From Bacteroidales bacterium (GTDB lineage: Bacteria; Bacteroidota; Bacteroidia; Bacteroidales; VadinHA17): a stretch of DNA of 59,441 bases. Positions 27,801-36,590 of this stretch are shown piece by piece. The stretch covers positions 1-59,441 of the forward strand of contig JAVEXM010000004.1 of NCBI GenBank assembly GCA_034004025.1, given 5' to 3'. Position 1 is the stretch's first letter. Each line of letters opens with the position of its first letter. Position numbers and translations under genes: made by a program. The notes under the pieces were generated by a model. That model saw only the letters and a program-made list of their open reading frames with translations, ran no database searches and was not told where the DNA came from.

Positions 27801-29003
27801 GAATGCATAGATGATACTGCTGTTAAGATATCGGTTATCATTCGGGAGGGCGCTGAAACTCCTGAATACCTGCTTGCTCCTGGCCAGAAGGTTGAGGCCC
27901 CCGCGCGTTCCGATCCATGTCTCCCCCCGGGAGTCGTGAAAAATGTCCAGCACCGAGTTATTCGCCAGGCTCCGGCTGTCACGGTCATCATGCCGGAAAT
28001 AACCTGTCACCCCCCTGTTTTTGGAATATACGTACAGGCCTCCGCGGGTGCCGATCCAGTACTCCCCCGGAGCCCTGACGGAGATAGCCCTGATAGTCTC
28101 GGTCCTGTCATAGACAGGCTCAAGGGTGACATGTTCGGCACTTCCTGCGGCGGGATCAATAATAAACAGTCCGCCGGTATAGGTGCCTGTCCAGAGCATG
28201 CCCTCCTCGTCCATTACTATCTCGAAGACCTCCTTTGACAGCGTATTGGTCAGCGGCAGGATGAACTCCTGAAGAGTGTTTTCACGGGGATTGTATACGT
28301 ACAGCCCCTGTGTTGCTCCGATCCACAGGTTTCCCTCCCTGTCCTCCTGGATGCATCTTATGAAAAGATCGGACCCGGCACCGGCCTCTCCCTCCCCGGA
28401 AGGTGTCACCTCCCCGGGCACACCGTCAGGGTCAATCCTGATCAGGTTATGGTCAGTGCCAATCCATAGTCTGCCGTGTGAATCCCCGGTGATGGCATTG
28501 ACTGACATACCCGGAGTGCTGAATACACTGTGCTGCCTGTAAGGATGGATGAATCGCTCCTTCTCCCTGTCGTAAAGGTTCAGTCCCCCGTTCTCCGTGC
28601 CGATGAAAAGACGACCGTCACCGGTCTCATAGATAACCCGTATCAGCCTGCCGCTGAGACTGGTCGTATCGTCCGGGTCATTGATATAGTTGACGAAACG
28701 GTAGCCGTCGAAACGGCTGAGCCCCTGGCTGGTGCCCAGCCATATCCATCCCCGGCTGTCCTGGTAAATACACTGAATCTGATTGTTGGGCAGTCCGTCC
28801 TCCTGTGAATAAGTGTCAAAGCTGTGGATGTTGGTCCTGCCGTCGGCAAAGCTCACTGCGGACGACACCGTCAGAAAAATAACCATTATCAGCCGGCAGA
28901 GCAGATACAACCGGAAGCGATCCGTCTTCCTGTTCACATCCCGGGAGAATAAGTACGGTCCTGCTGCGGTCAGGTTTTTCATGAGTCGGGTAATGGCGAC
29001 CAT
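24840..29003 (-). CDS. Hybrid two-component system (beta-propeller sensor, Y_Y_Y, HisKA, HATPase, REC, AraC)
   Basis: Repeated WIGT..GGL units; YTNLNP; TM; FTNISHEIRTPLTLI; NLLSNAMKY; GTGIGLSLV; IISDILMP; AraC HTH. The true start may be a later ATG. Confidence 0.96.
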   Translation of the reverse strand: MVAITRLMKNLTAAGPYLFSRDVNRKTDRFRLYLLCRLIMVIFLTVSSAVSFADGRTNIHSFDTYSQEDGLPNNQIQCIYQDSRGWIWLGTSQGLSRFDGYRFVNYINDPDDTTSLSGRLIRVIYETGDGRLFIGTENGGLNLYDREKERFIHPYRQHSVFSTPGMSVNAITGDSHGRLWIGTDHNLIRIDPDGVPGEVTPSGEGEAGAGSDLFIRCIQEDREGNLWIGATQGLYVYNPRENTLQEFILPLTNTLSKEVFEIVMDEEGMLWTGTYTGGLFIIDPAAGSAEHVTLEPVYDRTETIRAISVRAPGEYWIGTRGGLYVYSKNRGVTGYFRHDDRDSRSLANNSVLDIFHDSRGETWIGTRGGLNLLARSKQVFRSFSALPNDNRYLNSSIIYAFWIDDRERIWVGTEDGGINIYDPASGTFEYLTSDVGNPNSLSQNCIKAMLDDGQGNLWIGTFWGGIDVLNLKTGKIRNYSHVAGDPSSLSDNRVWALCRDDGGGIWVGSSAGIDRYDPSTDSFDRYTEIVSNSQVNWISMDSEKHIWLGTPDEVIIYDPVNENVIRHPEHSRSFLEDSGHGFWIATLDRGIALYNKEEGAVRYLSENDGLANNQSLCILEDESGNLWISTTRGLSRYNRVTGQFRNFTRREGLMNDQFSYGAAYRSDNGELLFGGLSGFNMFNPSEIVDEDIPVPLLFTELRIFNRPLEVSDARDAILTKSISETDHIVLRYDQNVITLQFAALDFAHSGSTLYSYTLEGFDREWSEPSLTRSVTYTNLNPDDYIFRVRRILPGNPPGDDELTLNITVLPRFWMTWWFRAIVFGLIAILIYMLVRFIINREKIKNELVSERSRARNLHELDMLKLRLFTNISHEIRTPLTLILSPLEKLVSGTVPEEEVHSHLDVVYRNTKHLDRLINQLLDFRKLEAGNLKLEVTSHDMVTLVSDVVRSFEEYAREKQITLRFNTLKKKLIAVFDPDKVETILNNLLSNAMKYTGQGGAVTVHLSLVFAAEDGELLSNEPEKQFVEISVKDSGRGIEEKNIDKIFNRFFRADEQHESAGTGIGLSLVRELVKLHGGDVFVISKPGKGSKFTVRLPYETSLPGEGPAEDEVDECEGKAMALHSRAGEEMTERSEARIMLIVEDNPDVRYFIRSHFESSFRVFEAKNGQEGWELALQVIPDVIISDILMPDVDGYEFCRRIKKDERTSHIPLLLLTALHSREHEIEGLSHGADDFITKPFDISVLQTKVENMLSLRRALRDKYTREMILRPSGVTVTSPDEKFLVKAMEVVEKNISNPDFDIESFAAATGVSRMQLYRKFDALTNMTVKEFVRSIRLKRASQLLLEKKMSVSEVAFATGFRDLSHFRKCFSREFGMSASEYIRRKGQA

Positions 29004-29209
29004 AAACTTACATAAAAACTTATGATCTTTACACAGGCGATTAAAGATTAAGGCTACACCCCGGATTTATAGATGAAAGTTAACCAATTCATTACAAACC
29101 CGGAACAGACAGCCTGATTAATCATATATTCCTCTCTTCTCATTGCGATTTTTCAGAAGTAATTTTGCTATCTTGGTGGCTGAACCTGACCCGGTACATA
29201 CCCTGACCC

Positions 29210-32200
29210 ATGAGTGAAGAGATCCTGCGGGCAATGATGGAGTTGTTCGCCCTGATAGTAAAGCAGGACGCCGGAATGCTGCAGAGCGAAAGGGATTATG
29301 TATCGGCCTTTCTCCAGAAACAGCTTACCCACCAGAGTGCAGATGAGTTCATGACTCTCTTCCTGGAGAACGCCGGCCCCATGGCCGGCACGGAGAGCAA
29401 AGCCTCAGCGGGCAGCGCATCAGTCAGGGATTCAATCAGGATCTTCCACAACTGTACCAAGATCAACAAGACCCTGACACAGGAACAGAGGGTCATTGTC
29501 CTCATGCGATGCTTTGAACTCATAAGCACTGACAGGCAGTATACCCCGCAGCGCATGAACATCATCAACACAATCGCCGAGGTATTTAAAATTTCACAGC
29601 AGGAGTTTACCGATATCAGCCTGTTTGTCAGGGAAGAGCAGCAGGAAGCCTTCAGTGACCCGTCAATGCTTGTAGTAAGCACAGGCCACGCATCTGAGGC
29701 AGACGGTAAAGGCCCGTTTGTCGTTTTTCTGAAGATATCAAGCGTAAACCTCTATTTCCTCCGCTGTTTCTGTTCCGGCACCACCCTTCTCAACGGCCTT
29801 CCCATGGCATGCGGGAAGGTGTATACCTTTGCTCCCGGAAGCTCGGTGCACGCACCGCCTGCGACCATGCTGTACTACAGCGACATCACCTCACGGTTCA
29901 TGGCAGACAAGGACCTGCATCGCATTACACTTGTTGCCGATCATCTGAACCATCGCTTCCCTGACGGTACACCGGCCATCACAGACCTGAGCTTCTCGGC
30001 CAGGGAGGGTAACCTCGTTGCAATCATGGGCGCCAGCGGCTCGGGCAAGACCACTCTTCTCAATCTGCTGACCGGCCTTATGAATCCGGATTCAGGTGAG
30101 GTCAGAATAAACGGGATACCGATCACCGGAGGGGAAGAGAGACTTGACGGCGTTATAGGATATGTGCCGCAGGATGACCTGCTTGTTGAGGACCTTACGG
30201 TATTTCAGAACCTGTGGTATGCTGCCGCCCTCTGTTTTGCAGGCCGGAGCGATGAGGAGATAACCGGGATTGCAAACAACACCTTACAGACGCTGGGCCT
30301 CTTTGAAAAGAGAAACCTGAGGGTGGGGTCACCGCTCGACAAGGTCATCAGCGGTGGCCAGAGAAAGAGACTGAACATAGCCCTCGAGCTCATCAGGGAA
30401 CCCTCGGTGCTCTTCCTTGATGAGCCTACATCAGGACTCTCCTCCTCGGATTCAGGCAATGTCATGGACCTGCTTCACGACCTTACACTGAGGGGCAAAC
30501 TGGTGGTAACTGTGATCCACCAGCCTTCATCCGAGATCTTCAAGGGGTTTGACAACGTGCTCGTGCTTGACATGGAGGGGCACTTGGTCTTCTACGGCAA
30601 CCCCATAGAATCGATTGTCCACTTCAAAACCCTTGAAGCACAGATTAACAGAGCAGCAGGTGAGTGCCCGACATGCGGCAATGTTAATCCCGAGACAATC
30701 TTTGACATCCTCGAAACCAGGGTTGTAGATGAGTACGGAAGATTAACCGAGAAGAGAAAAGTCTCTCCCCCGGAATGGGCAAAGGCGTTCCGGGAGACAT
30801 CACCGCCCACACCGGTCCATGAGGAACACGAACCTCCTTATTCAGGCCTGCAGAGACCCGGATGGCTCAGGCAGATCTCGCTCTTCCTGATGCGCGACCT
30901 GAAAAGCAAACTGGCCAACCGGCAGTACCTGATGCTCACCCTGCTGGAGGGGCCGGTGCTGGGTCTTATCCTTTCATACATAATCAGATATATAGCGGAT
31001 CCGACGTCAGACATCTATATCTTCAGGGAAAATGAGAATATCCCCGTCTATATCTTTATGAGCATCATCGTGGCCCTGTTCCTCGGCCTGACAATCAGTG
31101 CCGAAGAGATCTTCAGGGACAGGAAGATGCTCAGACGTGAGCATTTTCTCCGTCTGAGCCGGAGCAGCTACCTCCTCAGCAAGATATCTGTCCTGGCAAT
31201 CATCTCGGCATTGCAGGCCTTCCTCTTCCTGGCTGTCGCCAACCCGGTGCTGGGCATCAGGGGACTCTTCTTCACCTACTGGCTCACTCTCTTCTCTATT
31301 GCCCTGTGCGCAAACATGATCGGACTCAATATCTCCTCGGCACTCAACTCGGCAATCTCCATCTACATAGTGATTCCCCTGCTGATGATCCCGATGATGA
31401 TACTGAGCGGAGCAATGTTCCCCTTTGACAAGCTGAACAGAAACATCGCCCGTCCCGACAGGGTGCCGCTGATCGCAGAGCTGATGCCCACCCGCTGGAG
31501 CTATGAAGCCCTGATGGTAAAACAGTTTACAGGAAATGAATACGGCAGGAGAGTATATCCTCTCAAACAACAGATGAGCATCTCTGACTTCAATACAATC
31601 TACCGCATTCCAAGGATGGTTGATGCCCTCGATAAATCAATTGAAAACCTCAGCCACCAGGGACGCACCGATCCGGAAAACAGTGAGCTCAGGCTGCTCA
31701 GCAATGAGATCAGGACAATATCCGCATCAGGCATCGTCAGTCCTTTCGAAGCCGCAGACTCAGTGACTCCGGAGCTCTTCACCGTAGAGCTTGGCAGCAG
31801 GATAAGGGAATGGATCGCCAGCGCCGACAGGGAATACAGACGGGTGAGCCATATCGCAGACATGAGCCTCGACAACTATGTCAGCTCCAACAGGGAGGCA
31901 CTTGACGTCCTTTACAACAACTATCACAATGACAAGCTCGAAGATATCGTGAGAAAGGTCTACGAGAGGAACAAGATGCTGGAGTTCCGTGAACGACTAG
32001 TCCAGAATGCAGACCTCATCTACCTTGAGCCTGCGCCTTCAGGACCACTCAGCATCAGGACACACTTCATGGCACCGGTAAAGAATTTCCTCGGGCTCAG
32101 GATCGATACATTCACATTCAATACTATGCTTGTCCTCTTTTCCGTTATAATACTTTACATCCTCCTCTATTTCGAAGTGCTCAGACGGATCATCAGTTAT

Positions 32201-32248
32201 TTTGAAGGTCTCAGATTTCAAAAACAGGGGAGAACAGGATTGCAATGA
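29210..32248 (+). CDS. ABCG/White-type half transporter with N-terminal TerB-like and FHA-like regions and a large extracytoplasmic loop
   Basis: Walker A GASGSGKT, YVPQDD, ISGGQRKR, LFLDEPTSGL and IHQP in NBD-then-TMD order; ABC2-type TMs. The TerB and FHA calls are weaker pattern-level inferences. Confidence 0.85.
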   Translation: MSEEILRAMMELFALIVKQDAGMLQSERDYVSAFLQKQLTHQSADEFMTLFLENAGPMAGTESKASAGSASVRDSIRIFHNCTKINKTLTQEQRVIVLMRCFELISTDRQYTPQRMNIINTIAEVFKISQQEFTDISLFVREEQQEAFSDPSMLVVSTGHASEADGKGPFVVFLKISSVNLYFLRCFCSGTTLLNGLPMACGKVYTFAPGSSVHAPPATMLYYSDITSRFMADKDLHRITLVADHLNHRFPDGTPAITDLSFSAREGNLVAIMGASGSGKTTLLNLLTGLMNPDSGEVRINGIPITGGEERLDGVIGYVPQDDLLVEDLTVFQNLWYAAALCFAGRSDEEITGIANNTLQTLGLFEKRNLRVGSPLDKVISGGQRKRLNIALELIREPSVLFLDEPTSGLSSSDSGNVMDLLHDLTLRGKLVVTVIHQPSSEIFKGFDNVLVLDMEGHLVFYGNPIESIVHFKTLEAQINRAAGECPTCGNVNPETIFDILETRVVDEYGRLTEKRKVSPPEWAKAFRETSPPTPVHEEHEPPYSGLQRPGWLRQISLFLMRDLKSKLANRQYLMLTLLEGPVLGLILSYIIRYIADPTSDIYIFRENENIPVYIFMSIIVALFLGLTISAEEIFRDRKMLRREHFLRLSRSSYLLSKISVLAIISALQAFLFLAVANPVLGIRGLFFTYWLTLFSIALCANMIGLNISSALNSAISIYIVIPLLMIPMMILSGAMFPFDKLNRNIARPDRVPLIAELMPTRWSYEALMVKQFTGNEYGRRVYPLKQQMSISDFNTIYRIPRMVDALDKSIENLSHQGRTDPENSELRLLSNEIRTISASGIVSPFEAADSVTPELFTVELGSRIREWIASADREYRRVSHIADMSLDNYVSSNREALDVLYNNYHNDKLEDIVRKVYERNKMLEFRERLVQNADLIYLEPAPSGPLSIRTHFMAPVKNFLGLRIDTFTFNTMLVLFSVIILYILLYFEVLRRIISYFEGLRFQKQGRTGLQ

Positions 32249-32286
32249 CCATTTTTCTTAAATTTGTATATTAACACAACCGCCTG

Positions 32287-33204
32287 ATGACAGGAAAAAT
32301 CTCAAAACTGGCCGCGATCATCCTGCTGATCCTGGCATACTCATGCGGGAACAGCAGCACAAGGCACGGCAACCTGGGTTTTCCCGTCGCCGATTCGGTG
32401 CCTGCAGGAGAAGCGGAAAAGCTTAGTGATGAGGCAATTGCAGATATAGTCCAGAACATTGCATCACCAGTTGAGATAGCTGCAATAATGCAGTCTATGC
32501 AGGTTCCCTTTACGGCTGAGTACCTTGCACCCACACAGGACGCTGAAAGGCTTACCACGAACTACCAGAAAGCAGTGATGCTTGGCATATACGGGGCTGA
32601 CCTCGGATATCTCAACATCTATGAGAAGACAGGCAACTCCGTCGACCTGCTCTCAACAATAAAACGAATGGCTGACGGCCTTCGCGTAGGACAGTTTCTT
32701 GATTTTGAAACCCTGAAGAGGCTTTCAGTGAGCAAGTCAAACCTTGACTCCCTTCTCTTCCTCTCGGTCAACTCCTACAACAAGATAGACGAATACCTGC
32801 GTGAAAGCAACCGCGGATCGGTCTCTGCCCTAATGATCGCAGGCGTATGGGTTGAGGGTCAGTACCTGGCTACACAGGTTACCCGCACTCACCCTGACAG
32901 GGTGCTTAGAGACCGCATAGGAGAGCAGAAGATCATACTGGGGGACCTGCTCATGCTTCTGCGACCCTATCGTGACAGCAGCGGTGATTATTCGTCGCTC
33001 TACAACATGATGGAAGAGATCAGCAACACTTACCGCGATGTGCGAATAACATACAGGCTCGGAGAACCGGAAACGGTTGAAGAGGACGGACGGCTGGTGA
33101 TGATACAGCATGAGGAGAGCATCGTTGAGATGACTGATGATCAGCTGGAAGAGATTGCCTCTGTTTCGGAAAAGGTGAGAAATAAATTAATATCAGGAGG
33201 ATAA
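32287..33204 (+). CDS. Hypothetical alpha-helical lipoprotein
   Basis: Lipobox LAYSC; segments IASPVEI, KAVMLGIYGADLGY and AGVWVEGQYL; TAAATTTG element at 32259-32266. Confidence 0.8.
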   Translation: MTGKISKLAAIILLILAYSCGNSSTRHGNLGFPVADSVPAGEAEKLSDEAIADIVQNIASPVEIAAIMQSMQVPFTAEYLAPTQDAERLTTNYQKAVMLGIYGADLGYLNIYEKTGNSVDLLSTIKRMADGLRVGQFLDFETLKRLSVSKSNLDSLLFLSVNSYNKIDEYLRESNRGSVSALMIAGVWVEGQYLATQVTRTHPDRVLRDRIGEQKIILGDLLMLLRPYRDSSGDYSSLYNMMEEISNTYRDVRITYRLGEPETVEEDGRLVMIQHEESIVEMTDDQLEEIASVSEKVRNKLISGG

Positions 33205-33205
33205 G

Positions 33206-33646
33206 ATGATATACAGGTTTGCCATTATATCTGCCGCACTGCTCCTCTTGTCGGCCCTGGCCTCGGGCCAGCCTGCCGCCGATGACCTGGTGAGCAGGTG
33301 TGTCCTCGGCGCAGGAGACAACACCACATACCTGAAAGACTTCCGGGTGCAGCTGCCGGAGACAGCCCCCGATGCTGCAACACCGGTCTATAAGGCAAAC
33401 ATGTACCTGATGAAGAACATGAAGTACAGGTTCTCCGTCTGTGATGCCCCGGAATCAAAGGGAGAGCTTGTTGTCACCATCTATGACCAGGGGAAGGAGC
33501 TTATCTCCTCATACAGCAAAGGCACCGGGAAAAGATACCCGTCCGTTGACTTCTTCTGCAACAAGACCGGACTCTATACTCTCTGGTATAATTTCCGTGA
33601 CGGAAAGCAGGGTTCAGGAGTGGGCGTGGTGTGTATGATCAGGTGA
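33206..33646 (+). CDS. Secreted hypothetical Cys-containing beta-sandwich protein
   Basis: Signal peptide; starts 1 nt after the upstream stop; YLKDF, YRFSVC and FFCNKTGLY. Confidence 0.75.
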   Translation: MIYRFAIISAALLLLSALASGQPAADDLVSRCVLGAGDNTTYLKDFRVQLPETAPDAATPVYKANMYLMKNMKYRFSVCDAPESKGELVVTIYDQGKELISSYSKGTGKRYPSVDFFCNKTGLYTLWYNFRDGKQGSGVGVVCMIR

Positions 33647-34633
33647 TCAGAAGGGCCAGACCCGCGATACTACAATCATTATTACCATCAGCCAGAACAG
33701 GATCTCCGCAGAGACGAGATTGCGGGTAAAGGCCATGTAATTGGCTATAATGAATGCAACGGGTATTGCCGTCACCGCATTCATCTCCACCGACACCGAG
33801 GGCACAAAAATGTAAGCTGCCACGCATATGAAAGTCATCCAAAGCAGCATCTCAAAGGTCTTGCGCGACCTGATTTTCTGCGTGGGCATCTCTCCCGCCA
33901 GGGAGACCAGCGCAGGCAGAAAATTCAGTCCGGCCACCACCAGCAGTATGACCATGGTACGGGCAATGTATACAGAGAGCATCTCATCGAAGAGATTGTG
34001 TCTGACTATCTCAGTGAGGTCAGCCACACTGCCCCCGGTCACGTACCAGACGGCATAAAGTACCAGCCACGGCAGCAGCGCACCAGCCAGGGCAAAGATC
34101 ATCTCCCTGACGTCCGGACTGCGCAGTATCAGTGCACCGATGAAAACGAGCAGGATGAACCATACCGCACCTGCATAAAACATACTCCCTGCCGAGATCA
34201 GCAGGGCAGCATCGAAGAAGTTAAATGCGAGCCCGTTCACACGGTACGCCGATATCATCCTCCACAGTCCGACCATCACCAGCAGTGCTGCCGGGAGAGC
34301 AGGGTTAAGCACCATCTCTCCGGGAAAAAGTGAGTAGAGAATGATGTATATCAGGGCAGGAAGATAGGTCCTGCGGGGAATGAAGAATATTGCAATATTG
34401 AACCTGACCATTACGATTGCCACAACCAGCATCAGTCCAAATGAGAGTATTACGGCCAGCATGGGCATGGCCGACAGAGCTCCTGCAATCAGGCCCCAGA
34501 GCGGCATGGGCGCACCACCGGTAATGTCGGGCACCAGCGGAGGCGAAAGAAAATGTTCACTCCACAGTGCCAGGGTGATGAGCATAAGAAGTGTCACCGG
34601 AGCTATCCCCGACCCTCTGAAAAACCTGATCAT
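33647..34633 (-). CDS. Polytopic membrane protein (DUF6427-like)
   Basis: Many hydrophobic segments; RTYLPAL and FFDAALLIS motifs; overlaps the purD stop by 4 nt. Confidence 0.7.
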   Translation of the reverse strand: MIRFFRGSGIAPVTLLMLITLALWSEHFLSPPLVPDITGGAPMPLWGLIAGALSAMPMLAVILSFGLMLVVAIVMVRFNIAIFFIPRRTYLPALIYIILYSLFPGEMVLNPALPAALLVMVGLWRMISAYRVNGLAFNFFDAALLISAGSMFYAGAVWFILLVFIGALILRSPDVREMIFALAGALLPWLVLYAVWYVTGGSVADLTEIVRHNLFDEMLSVYIARTMVILLVVAGLNFLPALVSLAGEMPTQKIRSRKTFEMLLWMTFICVAAYIFVPSVSVEMNAVTAIPVAFIIANYMAFTRNLVSAEILFWLMVIMIVVSRVWPF

Positions 34634-35913
34634 CGTTCAATCTTTTTCAGGTCAAAACCTATATCCTTCCTGAAGTTTACTCCCTCGAAGCCTATCCCGG
34701 AGATGGTGCGGTAGCTCTTTTCCAGCGCCTCCTCCATTGTTTCTCCCCTGGATGTGACCGACAGCACTCTGCCGCCTGAGGTCACTATACTGCCGCCGCT
34801 CTTCCCGGTTCCTGCGTGAAAAACAGTGCTACCCCTGACACTGTCGAGGCCTGTTATCTCAAAGCCCTTGTTGTAAGCATCAGGATAGCCTCCCGAAACC
34901 ATCATCACGGTTACGGCGCTGTCAGGGGAGGTCACCAGGGTCCGGCTGTCAAGATCCCTGAGGGCCACCCCCTCAAGCAGATCGTACAGGTCACTCTCTA
35001 TGCGCGGCAGTATCACCTCGCTTTCAGGATCGCCCAGCCTGGCGTTGTATTCAATGACATAAGGTTCGCCGCCCACGTTCATCAGACCGAAAAAAATGAA
35101 GCCTCGATATTCTATTCCTTCCTCACGCAAACCCTCCACTGTGGGCCTGATCACCTTATCTTCCACCTTTCTCATGAATTCTGGAGTGGCAAACGGCACC
35201 GGTGATACGGCTCCCATCCCTCCGGTATTCTTTCCGGTGTCACCCTCGCCGATGCGCTTGTAGTCCTTGGCCTCAGGGAGCAGCCTGTATGAGATGCCGT
35301 CAGTGATAATGAAAGCCGACATCTCGATACCGGTAAGATACTGTTCAATGACAACCTTACTGCCTGCCTTGCCGAACCGGCCGCCGAGCATCGCTTTCAG
35401 TTCACTCACTGCCTCATCGGGGTCACTGATGATCAGCACTCCCTTGCCTGCAGCAAGCCCGTCAGCCTTGAGCACCCAGGGCGCTTCGAGGGTGTGCATG
35501 AAACGTACAGCCTCCTCAACAGTCGCGGCATTGAAGGTCTCATATGCAGCAGTGGGTATCCCGTGTCTCTTCATGAATCCCTTTGCAAAGTCCTTGCTTC
35601 CTTCAAGCATCGCCCCATCGCGACCAGGTCCTATCACTGCCAAAGATGACAGCTCCGGGTCCGCCAAGAGATAATCAGCAATGCCCTCCACCAGAGGTGC
35701 TTCCGGACCGACAACCACCATACCGATGTTGTGTTCGAGTATTGCCGAGCGTACGGCAGAGAAATCAAGAGGATCAACCGGCAGGTTTGCTCCCAGCATG
35801 GCAGTGCCGGGATTACCGGGTGCAGTGAACAGCTTCAGCGGCCTGCTGCTCTGCGACAGTTTCCATGCCAGGGCATGTTCACGCCCGCCTGATCCGAGGA
35901 TAAGTATATTCAT
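34630..35913 (-). CDS. purD: Phosphoribosylamine--glycine ligase
   Basis: GSGGREHAL, VVGPEAPL, LEGSKDFAK, KADGLAAGKGV, NTGGMGA and EYNARLGDPE. Confidence 0.98.
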   Translation of the reverse strand: MNILILGSGGREHALAWKLSQSSRPLKLFTAPGNPGTAMLGANLPVDPLDFSAVRSAILEHNIGMVVVGPEAPLVEGIADYLLADPELSSLAVIGPGRDGAMLEGSKDFAKGFMKRHGIPTAAYETFNAATVEEAVRFMHTLEAPWVLKADGLAAGKGVLIISDPDEAVSELKAMLGGRFGKAGSKVVIEQYLTGIEMSAFIITDGISYRLLPEAKDYKRIGEGDTGKNTGGMGAVSPVPFATPEFMRKVEDKVIRPTVEGLREEGIEYRGFIFFGLMNVGGEPYVIEYNARLGDPESEVILPRIESDLYDLLEGVALRDLDSRTLVTSPDSAVTVMMVSGGYPDAYNKGFEITGLDSVRGSTVFHAGTGKSGGSIVTSGGRVLSVTSRGETMEEALEKSYRTISGIGFEGVNFRKDIGFDLKKIER

Positions 35914-35963
35914 CGTACGGTGTTTATTCCCTGTTCAAAAATAACACTTAGCCTGTAAATAAC

Positions 35964-36590
35964 TCAGACAGCCGGCGAATAATCGTCAGGCAGACTGAAA
36001 GTATACCCCTGCCGCAGCGCTTCTGTGATGAACCTGTCAAGGTAAAGGAGAGCGGAAGAGGTGGCGGTGTCATGCAGGACGATAAGAGAACCGGGCCTAA
36101 GCCTCTGCATAAGGATACGCAAGGAAGCATCAGGCGACAGGGTACTGTCAAAGTCGTAAGGCATCAGGTCCCAGAAGACGATCCGCATGCTCCTCTCCAG
36201 GATTCTGTATTGCCTTATACGTATCCTTCCGTAGGGAGGCCTGAAGAGATTGCTGCAGGTGACATCCCTGCCCTTGAGAACATCGGAACAGTATTCCCTT
36301 ACCGGTGTCTTCAATCCGTTGAGATGGCTAAAGCCGTGATTGCCTGTAGCATGACCCGAGGAGGCTATACGTGCAAAGAGACCGGGCAGAGCCTGTACCT
36401 TCCTGCCTGTGCAGAAGAAGGTGGCCCTGACACCGTGCCCCTCGAGTATGTCAAGCACCCGTGGAGTTGATTCGGAGTCAGGCCCGTCATCAAAGGTGAG
36501 GCATAACCTCCTGCCTGAACCTCCGGTCCTGTAGATGGCATCAGGGTAGATGACTGCCGCCGGAAAGGGCCTGCCGTAGTTCCTGATCAT
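35964..36590 (-). CDS. Polysaccharide deacetylase (CE4/NodB)
   Basis: LTFDDGP, NHGFSH, FRPPYG and IVLHD. Confidence 0.92.
   Translation of the reverse strand: MIRNYGRPFPAAVIYPDAIYRTGGSGRRLCLTFDDGPDSESTPRVLDILEGHGVRATFFCTGRKVQALPGLFARIASSGHATGNHGFSHLNGLKTPVREYCSDVLKGRDVTCSNLFRPPYGRIRIRQYRILERSMRIVFWDLMPYDFDSTLSPDASLRILMQRLRPGSLIVLHDTATSSALLYLDRFITEALRQGYTFSLPDDYSPAV

Noticed and set aside
27294..28238. 314-aa plus-strand ORF
   Set aside because: Antisense shadow of the HTCS; the other nested ORFs in the track were dismissed for the same reason.
27100..28800. Repetitive DNA in the HTCS sensor region as a possible array
   Set aside because: Explained by beta-propeller WIGT repeats; no identical repeats with unique spacers, so not CRISPR.
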